Shown here piece after piece: positions 10,597-19,728 of a DNA stretch of 64,000 bases. Made by a program: the position numbers and the translations under genes. The DNA comes from an uncultured Phenylobacterium sp. (GTDB lineage Bacteria > Pseudomonadota > Alphaproteobacteria > Caulobacterales > Caulobacteraceae), in NCBI GenBank assembly GCA_964575195.1, contig CAZNPJ010000005.1:108460-172459 (forward strand). Reading direction: 5' to 3'. Under the pieces are notes generated by a model. That model was given only the letters and a program-made list of their open reading frames with translations. It was not told where the DNA came from and did not search any database. Each line of letters starts with the position of its first letter. Position 1 is the stretch's first letter.

Positions 10597-10908
10597 CTAG
10601 CCGCCCTGGCGGCCGATGATCTGACCGGACTCGGCGTCGACCACGAACACCACCACCCGACCGTTCTCCATCTGCCATTGCACGTAGTAGGCCGAGCGGC
10701 CGCCCGCATCGCCCATCGTGCTGTTCAGATGACGACCCGGGAAACGCGACGACAGCATGGCCAGAACGCGCGAAAGCGGAACTTGGCGTCGGGCCTGGTC
10801 CTGCCCCCCGCCATCGATGAGCACCATGCGAACGTGGTCGTTCGCCACCGCGGCCACCGGGGTCACGGTGGTCGCCAGCAGGACGGCGAGGGCGAAAAGG
10901 CGTTTCAT
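10597..10908 (-). CDS. Small secreted PepSY-like protein
   Basis: Signal peptide; C-terminal YYVQW...VDAESGQII, typical of PepSY domains upstream of such two-component pairs. Confidence 0.75.
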   Translation of the reverse strand: MKRLFALAVLLATTVTPVAAVANDHVRMVLIDGGGQDQARRQVPLSRVLAMLSSRFPGRHLNSTMGDAGGRSAYYVQWQMENGRVVVFVVDAESGQIIGRQGG

Positions 10909-10971
10909 GCAACCCGTCCTAAGCGCAGGCGACTGAACCCGGCCTGAACGCCGGTATCAGGGTTCCTTAGC

Positions 10972-11931
10972 TTAAGCGCGCCGCTTCGGCGAATAGGGCC
11001 GCTTTGCCTTCTGTTCTTCGGCGAAGGCTTCAAGCGCCGCATCGGGCGGTTCCGGAAGGGTGACGACAAGGCGCGCGAAGAGGTCCCCCCGATGACCCTT
11101 GGCGTCGGCCAAGCCCCGCCCCTTCAACCGAAGGCGCGCCCCGGTGTTCGAACCCTTGGGCACGGTGATGTTCACCGGTCCGTCCGGCGTGGGCGCCTCG
11201 ACCTTCCCGCCCAGCACCGCGTCGTAGAAGGTGATGGGCAGATCCATGATGAGGGTGTCGCCCTCGCGCTTGAATGTCGGGTGCGGCTGGATCGCAATCT
11301 CGATGAAGGCGTCGCCGGGCCCCGCGCGTCCCGGAGCTCCCTGGCCCTTGAGCCGGAGGGTCTGGCCGTCCTGCGCGCCCTTGGGGATCGTCACGTCGAT
11401 GGTGCGGCCGTCGGAGAACGCGATGCGCTGCTTGCCGCCCCGGATGGCGTCGACCAGATCGATCTCCAGCTTGGCGCGGGTGTCCGCGCCGCGTTGGGAA
11501 AAGCCGCCGAAGCCGCCGCCCATGCCGCCGCCGCGCGCGCCGCGCCCGCCCCCACCGCCAAACATCTCGCCCAGGATGTCGCCCAGATCGGCGCCTTCGA
11601 ACGTCTCGGTTCGGAAGCCGCCCCGGCCGTCGCGCTGGCCAAAGCCACCGCCGCCCGGCGCCTGGCCCCACGGTCCTCCGCCGCCGAACCCGCCCGGCGC
11701 GGTCTCGCGGCCGTCGTTGTCCAGCATCCCGGCGTCAAACTTCTTCCGCTTCTCGGCGTCGCCCACGATATCGAAGGCGGCGCTAACTTTCTTGAAGCGC
11801 TCTTCGGCCGCGGCGTTGCCGGGATTGGTGTCGGGATGGTTCTGTTTCGCGAGTTTGCGAAACGCCTTGCGGATCTCGTCCGCCGACGCTGTCCGGGGTA
11901 CGCCCAGCTCCTGATAGGGGTCGCGCGCCAA
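10972..11931 (-). CDS. DnaJ-class (type II, CbpA-like) chaperone
   Basis: J-domain with HPD, G/F-rich linker, DnaJ C-terminal domain, no Zn finger. Confidence 0.93.
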   Translation of the reverse strand: MARDPYQELGVPRTASADEIRKAFRKLAKQNHPDTNPGNAAAEERFKKVSAAFDIVGDAEKRKKFDAGMLDNDGRETAPGGFGGGGPWGQAPGGGGFGQRDGRGGFRTETFEGADLGDILGEMFGGGGGRGARGGGMGGGFGGFSQRGADTRAKLEIDLVDAIRGGKQRIAFSDGRTIDVTIPKGAQDGQTLRLKGQGAPGRAGPGDAFIEIAIQPHPTFKREGDTLIMDLPITFYDAVLGGKVEAPTPDGPVNITVPKGSNTGARLRLKGRGLADAKGHRGDLFARLVVTLPEPPDAALEAFAEEQKAKRPYSPKRRA

Positions 11932-12046
11932 GCTCGTCAGAATCCTCGAAAGACCATGATCGGTGTGTGCCTTCTAGATTGGGCCGGACGTCCCGTCACG
12001 CAAGTGGGTGTGTGGCAGTTTTGCCACATCTCGCGCAACCGATTGC

Positions 12047-12511
12047 CTATTCGTCGCCACGCTCCGCCATCAGGTCCCAGGCCGCGAAGTCGAGCGCATC
12101 CTCCGGGTCGTCGAGCGCCGTCTCATTGATGGTCTGCCCGCGAACCGAGATGCCGGCGCGATGCACGGCTTCCGGATCCCCTGAGACCAACGGGTGCCAG
12201 TCCGCGAGGTCGCGACCTTCGTGCAGGCGCCGGTAGGCGCAGCTCAGCGGCATCCACTCGAGCGCCTCGATGTTGTGCGGCGTCAGCTTGATGCAGTCCG
12301 GCACCTGCTTGTGCCGCTGGGCGTAGTCCGAGCAGCGGCAGGCGTCGGGATCGAACAGCTTGCAGTGGACCCGCGTCGGAATGACCTCGCCGGTGTCCTC
12401 ATCCTCGAAACGCACCAGGCAGCACAGGCCGCAGCCGTCGCAGAGGCTTTCCCACTCCGCCACGGTCATCTGCCCAAGGGTCTTCCGGCGCCAGAAGGGT
12501 TCGCCCGTCAT
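12047..12511 (-). CDS. YcgN/UPF0260 cysteine-cluster protein
   Basis: [32 protein letters not shown] motifs; start re-picked at ATG 12511. Confidence 0.9.
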   Translation of the reverse strand: MTGEPFWRRKTLGQMTVAEWESLCDGCGLCCLVRFEDEDTGEVIPTRVHCKLFDPDACRCSDYAQRHKQVPDCIKLTPHNIEALEWMPLSCAYRRLHEGRDLADWHPLVSGDPEAVHRAGISVRGQTINETALDDPEDALDFAAWDLMAERGDE

Positions 12512-12592
12512 GCCGCGGATGTAGGCCGGCAACGGCGATGACAGAAGCCCGAACTTGCGTCACGCCCTGGACCCTCTATGTGGAGCGCCTCC

Positions 12593-14386
12593 ATGAGAGC
12601 CCCGATCCTCGCCTTGAAAGAGGTCCGTCTCGCCGACGGCCCGATGATGCTGTTCGACGGCGTCGACCTCGCCCTCGATGCGCGGACCCGCGCGTGCCTG
12701 GTCGGTCGCAATGGGGCGGGCAAGTCCACCCTGCTGCGTATCCTGTCGGGGCAGATCGAGGCGGACGCCGGCGAACGCACGGTCACGCCCGGCACGACCA
12801 TCGCCTATGTGCCCCAAGAGCCGGAAATCACCGGCGAGACGATCCTCGACCATGCCACCTCGGGCGGCGCGCCGGACTATCGGGCCGAGGCCGCGTTGCA
12901 GGCCTTCGGCATGGATCCGCAGAAGGCTGCTCAGGGCCTGTCGGGCGGCGAGACGCGACGGGTCGCCCTCGCCAAGGCTTTTGCCGAGGACCCCGACATC
13001 ATCCTGCTGGATGAGCCGACCAACCACCTGGACATCCTGGCCATCGAAGTGCTCGAGGCCGAGATCGCCCAAAGCCGCGCTGCCGCACTGATCGTCAGCC
13101 ACGACCGCGCGTTCCTGGAACGCGTGACCCAGCGCTGCTTCTGGCTCGAGCACCGCCGGGTCCGCCGGTTGGACGCAGGCTTCGCGGGCTTCGAGGAGTG
13201 GGTGGAAAAGATCGAGGCCCAGCAGGCCGAAGAGGCGCGCCGCCAGGACAAGCTGCTGGAGCGCGAACAGCACTGGATGGAACGCGGCGTCACCGCCCGC
13301 CGCGCCCGCAACGAGGGCCGCCGCCGACGCCTGCTCCAGCTGCGCGAAGATCGCAGCGCGCGCCTTCGGGAGAACCGCGGCGCCATGAGCATCGGCCTCG
13401 ACGCCGGCGGCGTGTCGGGGAAGCGCGTCGCCGAGGCCAAGGGGCTGTCGAAGGCCTTCGGCGAGCGGGTAATTCTGAAGGATTTTTCCACCCGCATCCT
13501 CCGCGGCGACCGGGTGGCCATCGTTGGGCCCAACGGGGCCGGCAAGACCACGATGGTCAAGCTGTTGCTGGGCGAACTGGCGCCCGACACCGGCGAGGTG
13601 AAGCTCGGGACAAACCTGGCGATCACCTACATCGACCAGTCGCGCGCCGCCCTCTCGCCCGACATGACGCTGAAGGACGTGCTGACGCCCTTGGGCGGCG
13701 ATCAGGTGCTGGTCCGGGGACAGCCCAAGCATGTGAACGCCTACGCCAAGGACTTCCTGTTTAAGGAAAGCCAGTTGCGCCAGCCGGTTCGCAGCCTGTC
13801 GGGCGGCGAGCGCAACCGCCTGCTGCTGGCCCGCGCCCTCGCCAACGCCGCCAATGTCATGGTGCTGGACGAGCCCACAAACGACCTCGACATGGACACG
13901 CTGGACCTGCTCGAGGATCTGCTGGCCGACTACGAAGGCACCCTGATCCTGGTCAGCCACGACCGTGATTTCATCGACCGACTGGCGACCTCGACCATCG
14001 GCCTGGATGGGACGGGTCGCGCGGTGGAGACCCCTGGCGGCTGGCAGGACTTCCTCAGCCAGAACCCCGGCTTCTTCAGCGCCTCGCACCGGATCGAGAC
14101 GCCCAAGTCCGCGGCCAAGCCAGCGGCGCCGGCGCCCAAGGCGGCAAAACTCTCGTATAAGGACCAGCGGCGGCTTGAGGAGCTCGAAACCCTGATCGCC
14201 GCCATGCCGGCGAAGATGGCGACGGTGGAAGCCGCCCTCGCTGATCCTGGCCTCTACGCACGCGACCCCGCCGGCTTCGAACGCTTCACCCGCGCCCTGG
14301 ACGCCGCCCGCGCCCAATTGGCCGCCGCCGAGGAAGAGTGGCTGACGTTGGAGGAACGCCGGGAAGCGCTGCAGCCTGGCCGCTGA
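12593..14386 (+). CDS. uup: ABC-F family ATPase (Uup-like)
   Basis: Two ABC cassettes (GRNGAGKST/LSGGE/DEPTNHLD and GPNGAGKTT/LSGGE/DEPTNDLD) and a C-terminal KLSYKDQRRLEEL coiled coil. Confidence 0.9.
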   Translation: MRAPILALKEVRLADGPMMLFDGVDLALDARTRACLVGRNGAGKSTLLRILSGQIEADAGERTVTPGTTIAYVPQEPEITGETILDHATSGGAPDYRAEAALQAFGMDPQKAAQGLSGGETRRVALAKAFAEDPDIILLDEPTNHLDILAIEVLEAEIAQSRAAALIVSHDRAFLERVTQRCFWLEHRRVRRLDAGFAGFEEWVEKIEAQQAEEARRQDKLLEREQHWMERGVTARRARNEGRRRRLLQLREDRSARLRENRGAMSIGLDAGGVSGKRVAEAKGLSKAFGERVILKDFSTRILRGDRVAIVGPNGAGKTTMVKLLLGELAPDTGEVKLGTNLAITYIDQSRAALSPDMTLKDVLTPLGGDQVLVRGQPKHVNAYAKDFLFKESQLRQPVRSLSGGERNRLLLARALANAANVMVLDEPTNDLDMDTLDLLEDLLADYEGTLILVSHDRDFIDRLATSTIGLDGTGRAVETPGGWQDFLSQNPGFFSASHRIETPKSAAKPAAPAPKAAKLSYKDQRRLEELETLIAAMPAKMATVEAALADPGLYARDPAGFERFTRALDAARAQLAAAEEEWLTLEERREALQPGR

Positions 14387-14779
14387 ACCGTTGCGCCGAA
14401 ACCTGTGGATGGCGACATCCGGTTGATCTCCGGCGGGAAGCCGCAGGCCATACGCCCTTGTCAACACCGCTCACACAGGTTCTCGACAGGCGCGAGCGGT
14501 CACCGGAACCCCCTCCGCTTGCACCCCCGGGGCATCGGGCGCACCGTCCTCTTGCCGACAGGACCTGCGGCGCGGGGGGACGGAGACGCCGGCGACGGCA
14601 GACCCGGACACCAAGCGAGCAGAGTGGCGGATCCAAGGGTCAAGGGACTGGGGCGACCTGGAACCCGATCGGCGGGTGCGACATCGGCGGCCAGGACGGA
14701 CACGGGGCGACCCGAGACCGGCCGGGCGGACGGCCTAGAGGCGCAGGTCCCCCAACGGACTTGTATGAGAGGGCGATGC

Positions 14780-14868
14780 CCCGGGCGACCGGAGTGTCGC
14801 CCTCTTGCTATGTACATCAGGGCTCCTAGAGGGAGCCCGGGCGACCGGAGTGTCGCCCTCTTGCTATG
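14780..14868. repeat. Two exact 33-bp direct repeats, each with a hairpin
   Basis: cccgggcgaccggagtgtcgccctcttgctatg at 14780-14812 and 14836-14868; gggcgac/gtcgccc stem with a cggagt loop. Confidence 0.95.
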
Positions 14869-14932
14869 CGGACCCCCTTGGAAGCGGGACCGCAGCGCCC
14901 TACCCTTTGAGTGATCGTGCTCGAGGGGTCCC

Positions 14933-15925
14933 ATGAAAGCCTTGCGTAACCTGGTGCTGGCCGCGGCCGTCTTGCTCGCCGCCTGTTCACCCGCGAAGAA
15001 GGCCGAGACGCCCGCCGCCGGTGCGCCGGTGACCATCCGCTTCGCCACCGACTGGCGCGCCCAGGCCGAGCAGGGTGGGTTTTATCAAGCCCTGGCTTCC
15101 GGGGAGTACGCCAAGCGCGGCCTCAATGTGACGATCGTGCAGGGCGGACCGGGCGTGAACGTGCCGCAGCTGCTGGCGGCGGGGGCTGTCGAGCTCGGCA
15201 TGGGCTCCAACAGCTTCATCGTCATGAATCTGGCGCAGGAGGGCGTGCCGGTGAAGGCGGTCGCGGCCTTCATGCAGAAGGATCCGCAGGTGTTGATGGC
15301 CCACCCGGACACCGGCGTGGAGAAGATCGCCGACCTTAAAGGCCGCCCGATTTTGCTCAGCGACGCCTCGGTGACCGCCTTCTGGGTTTGGCTGAAGGCC
15401 AAGTACGGCTTCACCGACGACCAGGTGCGCAAGTACACCTTCAACGCCGCGCCCTTCCTCGCCGACAAGCGGTCGGCCCAGCAGGGCTATGTGACCTCCG
15501 AGCCCTACACCATTGAGAAGCAGGCCGGCCTGAAGCCCAAAGTCTTCCTGCTCGCCGACGAGGGGTATCCGGGCTACGCCACCATGGTGCTGGCGACCGA
15601 CGGGATGATCGCGAAGAACCCCGCGGCGGTGAAGGCATTCGTCGAGGCGTCGGCCAAGGGGTGGCAGGATTACCTGACCGGCGATCCCAAGGCGGCCGAC
15701 GCCCTGATCCTCAAGGACAACCCCGAGATGACCCAGGATGTCCTCGATCAGGCCCGGGACAAGATGCGCAGCTACGGCATCGTCAGCGGTGACAAGGGCG
15801 ACCCGGTGGGTTCGATGAGCGACGCCCGCTGGAAGACCTTCTTCGACATCGCCGCAAGCCAGGGCGTCTATCCGAAGACGCTCGACTACAAGCGCGCCTA
15901 CACCCTGCAGTTCGCGCCGAAGTGA
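14933..15925 (+). CDS. ABC transporter substrate-binding lipoprotein (NMT1/THI5-like)
   Basis: Lipobox LAAC; DWRAQAEQGGFYQA and GGPGVN motifs of the NMT1/THI5-like family. Confidence 0.9.
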   Translation: MKALRNLVLAAAVLLAACSPAKKAETPAAGAPVTIRFATDWRAQAEQGGFYQALASGEYAKRGLNVTIVQGGPGVNVPQLLAAGAVELGMGSNSFIVMNLAQEGVPVKAVAAFMQKDPQVLMAHPDTGVEKIADLKGRPILLSDASVTAFWVWLKAKYGFTDDQVRKYTFNAAPFLADKRSAQQGYVTSEPYTIEKQAGLKPKVFLLADEGYPGYATMVLATDGMIAKNPAAVKAFVEASAKGWQDYLTGDPKAADALILKDNPEMTQDVLDQARDKMRSYGIVSGDKGDPVGSMSDARWKTFFDIAASQGVYPKTLDYKRAYTLQFAPK

Positions 15926-16662
15926 CGTCCATCGCCGCCCTCACAGAGGTCGAGGTCGACTATGCCGCGGGCCGCGCCCTTGGCCCGTTGAGCCTGGAGA
16001 TCGGCGCCGGCGAGACGGTCGCGCTGGTGGGGCCGTCGGGCTGCGGGAAGTCCACGGCGTTGCGGCTGCTGGCCGGGCTGGAGACGCCCACCCGGGGCGA
16101 GGTCCGCCGCGCCGCCGGGCGCGGCGAGACGGCGGTGGTGTTCCAGGCTCCGACCCTGGCGCCCTGGCTCTCGGCGCGGGCCAATGTCGCCTTGCCTCTG
16201 GAGTTGGCCGGCGCGCCCCGCGCCGACGCCCATGGGCGCGCCGGCGCGGCGTTGGCCCAGGTCGGACTGGCGGGCGCTGAGGACAAGCGACCCGCCCAGC
16301 TTTCCGGCGGCATGGCGATGCGCGTCTCCCTCGCCCGCGCCCTGGTCACACAGCCGAAGCTGCTGCTTCTGGACGAACCCTTCGCGGCCCTGGACGAGAT
16401 CACCCGCCGCACCCTGGCCGACGACGTCCTGGACCTCTGGACGCAGACCCGGCCGGCGATCGTCTTCGTCACCCACAATGTCGAGGAAGCCGTCTACATG
16501 GCCTCCCGCGTGGTGGTCATGAGCCGCGGTCCCGGCCGCATCGCCGCCGACCTGCCTGTGGCCGGTCCGATCCCCCGCCCGCCCCATTTCAGGACCACCG
16601 CAGCCTTCCGCGAAACCGCCGAGTCCGTGTCGACGGCGCTGGCCCAGGGCGTCGCGGCATGA
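15922..16662 (+). CDS. ABC transporter ATP-binding protein (NitT/TauT family)
   Basis: GPSGCGKST, LSGGMAMR, LLLLDEPFAALD, VTHNVEEA. Confidence 0.95.
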   Translation: MTSIAALTEVEVDYAAGRALGPLSLEIGAGETVALVGPSGCGKSTALRLLAGLETPTRGEVRRAAGRGETAVVFQAPTLAPWLSARANVALPLELAGAPRADAHGRAGAALAQVGLAGAEDKRPAQLSGGMAMRVSLARALVTQPKLLLLDEPFAALDEITRRTLADDVLDLWTQTRPAIVFVTHNVEEAVYMASRVVVMSRGPGRIAADLPVAGPIPRPPHFRTTAAFRETAESVSTALAQGVAA

Positions 16663-17426
16663 CGCGCCTGCTCACCCGCCTCGCGCCGTGGCTGCTGATC
16701 GGGTTGATGCTCGCCGGCTGGGAACTGGCCTGCCGCGCCTGGCAGATCCCGGTCTACTTCCTGCCGCCGCCCAGCAAGATCGCGACGGCCCTGGTCGAAG
16801 ACTGGCCGAGCCTGGTCGCCGCGGCCTGGTACACCCTCTCCAAGGCGCTCATCGCGCTCGTTATCGCCAGCCTGGTCGCCCAGCTGCTGGCGCTGGCGGT
16901 GACGGTGAGCGGGATCCTGGAGCGTACGATCCAGCCGATCGCGGTGGTCCTGCAGGTGACCCCGGTGATCGCCATCGCACCGCTAGTGAACATCTGGGCA
17001 GGGGTCGATCACCCGGAACGGGCGCTGATCGCCCTGGCCAGCATCGTCGCCTTCTTCCCGATCTATTCGGGCGCCGTCACCGGACTTCGGGCCGTCGACG
17101 CCGATCTGGTCCGCCTTTTCGACCTTTACGGCGCCGGACGGTGGCAGCGCCTGACGCGCCTGCGCCTGCCGTCCGCCGTGCCCTTCCTGCTGGAAGGCCA
17201 CAAGGTGGCGGCCGGCCTGGCCATTGTGGGCGCGGTGGTGGCTGAATTCGTGTCGGGGTCCGGCAAGGTGCAGGGCCTGGCCTGGCGGATCCTGGACGCC
17301 GGCAACCGCCTGCAGACAGCGAAGATGTTCGCCGCCCTTCTGGTGCTAGGAGCCATGGGGGTGGCGCTCTACGCTCTGCTACAGCGGGCCGAGCGCATCG
17401 GCCTCAAATGGTGGCGGGGGCGCTAA
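16659..17426 (+). CDS. ABC transporter permease (NitT/TauT family)
   Basis: TM helices, EAA-like loop, AIVGAVVAEF. Confidence 0.93.
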   Translation: MTRLLTRLAPWLLIGLMLAGWELACRAWQIPVYFLPPPSKIATALVEDWPSLVAAAWYTLSKALIALVIASLVAQLLALAVTVSGILERTIQPIAVVLQVTPVIAIAPLVNIWAGVDHPERALIALASIVAFFPIYSGAVTGLRAVDADLVRLFDLYGAGRWQRLTRLRLPSAVPFLLEGHKVAAGLAIVGAVVAEFVSGSGKVQGLAWRILDAGNRLQTAKMFAALLVLGAMGVALYALLQRAERIGLKWWRGR

Positions 17427-18092
17427 CTACTTCGCGGCCTGCTCGACGGGCTTTAGGTCGAAGCGGACCGGCACGCGGACCTTCGCGCCCACGGTGGGCA
17501 TGCCCTCGGCGCTCATCAGCTCAACCTTGAACTTGGGAGCCAGGGCCAGGATCGAGGGACCGAAGCCCTGCCCCGCCGGCTCCTCCCGATCGACGACGCA
17601 GCCGCTCAGCGCGCCGCCGGTCTGGACCTCGCACACCAGGGTGACCAGGATGTTGTTTGGCCCGCCCTCGGCCTTCGGCACGGCGGTCTGCATGTCTGTG
17701 ACGCTGGGGATCGCCGCCCACTTCGGCGTCTTGACCGTCGCGGTCGTCCCCTTGGCGAGATCGGCCGGGAAGGTCACGGGAAGGCGAACCTCGGCGCCCT
17801 TGGCCACCCCTGACGCCCGCAGGGACTGCTGCGCCAACTTGCGGGCTGCGCCCCCGAACCCGTAGCCGCGGGGACTTTCACCCAGCACATCGCAGTCGGT
17901 CAGCGCGCCATCCCGGCCCGCCGCACACACCAGTTCCACGGCGCCGCCGACACCATCGGCCTTGGCCTTCGCGGGATAGACGGCGGCCATGTCAGCCGTC
18001 GTCGGCGCAGCGGTCCATACCGCCTGCGCGGCGGCCGGGCCGGCGACGCAGATCAAAGCCATTGCGGTAGCCGAAGCGAGGTTGCGGATCAT
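17427..18092 (-). CDS. Secreted protein with two TonB C-terminal-like domains
   Basis: Signal peptide; two repeats of V-x-L-x-C...G-x-L-x-x-C-x-V-x-x-E-x-P-x-G-x-GFG. Confidence 0.8.
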   Translation of the reverse strand: MIRNLASATAMALICVAGPAAAQAVWTAAPTTADMAAVYPAKAKADGVGGAVELVCAAGRDGALTDCDVLGESPRGYGFGGAARKLAQQSLRASGVAKGAEVRLPVTFPADLAKGTTATVKTPKWAAIPSVTDMQTAVPKAEGGPNNILVTLVCEVQTGGALSGCVVDREEPAGQGFGPSILALAPKFKVELMSAEGMPTVGAKVRVPVRFDLKPVEQAAK

Positions 18093-18165
18093 GAGTGGCT
18101 CCTCTCAAGCGGCACAATGCCTGCGTGGAGCCCGCCTGAAAAGGTTATCTGGATCGCTGAACGCG

Positions 18166-19539
18166 CTAACCGCGCGAACGCTCGTGCTGGTCGTGGAGGC
18201 GGTCGATGGCCTCGTTGGCGACGACGCTGAGCGAGCGCAGGCCATGCTCGGCGAAGACGTCGAGGGCGGCGTCGAGGCTCATGAGCGCCGCGGTCCGCTC
18301 GCCACGGTCCTTGCCGGTCATCTTCATCCGGGCCTCGTAAAGGCGCGCGAGATGCAGTTGCGCCAGGGCCCAGCCGACCGGGTCGCGGCGGGGTGACAAA
18401 GCCGCCAGTTCCATCTTCATCGCGGCTTCGGCGGCGTCCAGCACCGCGACGTCGCCGGTGATTTCGGCGGCGCGGGCCAGGCAGACGGCGCGAGCGCCCG
18501 CGGCGAGGCCACGGAGCGGCAGGGTCGGGGTCTCCTTCAGGACGCTGCCCGCGCGGTCATAGCAGGCGACGGCGTGGTCGAAAGCGCGGGCGTCGCCGGA
18601 CACTTCGCCCAGGGCCTGCAGCGCCTGGGCCAGGGCGACCTGGGTGCGCGCCCAATCCATCGGGCTCTGCTCGCGGGTGAGGCTTTCCAGGGCAAGCGCC
18701 AGCGCGCCGGCTCCGGCGGCCAAGGCGTCGACGTCGCCGACCGCCTCGCCGCGCAGGGCCAGGGCTTGGCCGTGGGCGATCTTGGCTCGGGCCCAGGTCA
18801 GCGGCTCGTAGGCCGCGTCCAGGCGCTCGCCGGCGGTCGAGGCTTCGCGCGCGGCCATGTCGAGCAACTCGCCGTCCTTCAGACGGGCGCCCCAACCGCA
18901 GAGGAGGTCAGCGCGGATCAGGCGCGCCTCGGCGGCCAGCGCTCGGGCGGCGGTGACGCGCTTGGCCATGTTGTCCAGGGCCGAGATCGGGGCGTTGAAG
19001 CGCTGGGCGAAGGCTCGCGCCTCGACCGAGTCGATCCGGTCCATGTCGCGACGGCCCTCAAGGGCCAGCAGACCGACATCGGCCAGCGGAGCCGCCAAAC
19101 CGCCCTTCACGTGGCCGCGCGCGTCCCGGAAGGCGACCTCGGCGGCGGCGTTCAGACCGGGATCGCCAAAGATCTCGGCGCCCAGCAGGGCGCAGAACGC
19201 CTGTTCGCAGCGGGCGCGGGCCCAGCCATCCTTGCGGTGCGCCGTCTCGAAGCCGGCGGCTGCGGTCTCCGCGCCAGCGGCGGCCTTGCGCAGCGCCACG
19301 GCGTCGCCGGTGCGACGGGCGACTTCGCGCCAGACGATCGCGGCCTCCAGGCGGCGGCGCGGCTTGTCCTTGGCGCTGATTCGACCGGCGGCCACGTCGG
19401 CGGCCTTGGCCTCCTGCGCCAGCAGCTGGGAATCCAGCAGTTCCAGAAGCGAGGAGTCCCCGCCCGTCAGCCCATCCGCCGGCGCCTTGCCGCGGTCGGC
19501 TGCAAAGAAGCGCTTGAGTTCCCGACCCAACTCGAACAT
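18166..19539 (-). CDS. Hypothetical TPR-like helical repeat protein
   Basis: Repeated P-x-x-WA-x-x-(Q/K) helical units; start re-picked at ATG 19539. Confidence 0.7.
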   Translation of the reverse strand: MFELGRELKRFFAADRGKAPADGLTGGDSSLLELLDSQLLAQEAKAADVAAGRISAKDKPRRRLEAAIVWREVARRTGDAVALRKAAAGAETAAAGFETAHRKDGWARARCEQAFCALLGAEIFGDPGLNAAAEVAFRDARGHVKGGLAAPLADVGLLALEGRRDMDRIDSVEARAFAQRFNAPISALDNMAKRVTAARALAAEARLIRADLLCGWGARLKDGELLDMAAREASTAGERLDAAYEPLTWARAKIAHGQALALRGEAVGDVDALAAGAGALALALESLTREQSPMDWARTQVALAQALQALGEVSGDARAFDHAVACYDRAGSVLKETPTLPLRGLAAGARAVCLARAAEITGDVAVLDAAEAAMKMELAALSPRRDPVGWALAQLHLARLYEARMKMTGKDRGERTAALMSLDAALDVFAEHGLRSLSVVANEAIDRLHDQHERSRG

Positions 19540-19624
19540 CGACCCGCTCCGGCCCGCTGGCGTCCCACCTTGGAACGTCCCCACCGGGCTTTGCTGGAAC
19601 ACAGCAAACCCGGAGCCGCTCCCT

Positions 19625-19657
19625 TTAACAAGTCATTAACTTGCGATGTATGGTTAA
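19625..19657. promoter_or_regulatory. CtrA binding sites (full TTAA-N7-TTAAC box plus TTAACCAT half-site)
   Basis: ttaa-caagtca-ttaac at 19625-19640; atggttaa (TTAACCAT on minus) at 19650-19657; upstream of the 18166-19539 gene. Confidence 0.8.
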
Positions 19658-19728
19658 CGCGGACTGTTTTCCCGATGAGTAAATCGGGCTGGATCAACAG
19701 GTTGGAAGGACCTCGTTGTTAACCTTCC

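Noticed and set aside
1-10908. Clustering of degP, ccm genes and two two-component systems as a novel system
   Set aside because: This envelope/cytochrome c neighbourhood is a common alphaproteobacterial arrangement.
14401-14410. DnaA-box-like tgtggat
   Set aside because: Single partial match with no other origin features.
14780-14868. CRISPR array interpretation of the 33-bp repeats
   Set aside because: Only two copies, a 23-bp gap and no cas genes in the window.
14400-14930. Known RNAs (TPP or cobalamin riboswitch, RNase P, SRP, tmRNA) in this intergenic region
   Set aside because: Signature motifs (CUGAGA/ACCUGAU, GAGGAAAGUCC, CAGGUCCGGAAGGAAGCAG) are not present on either strand as far as I can read.
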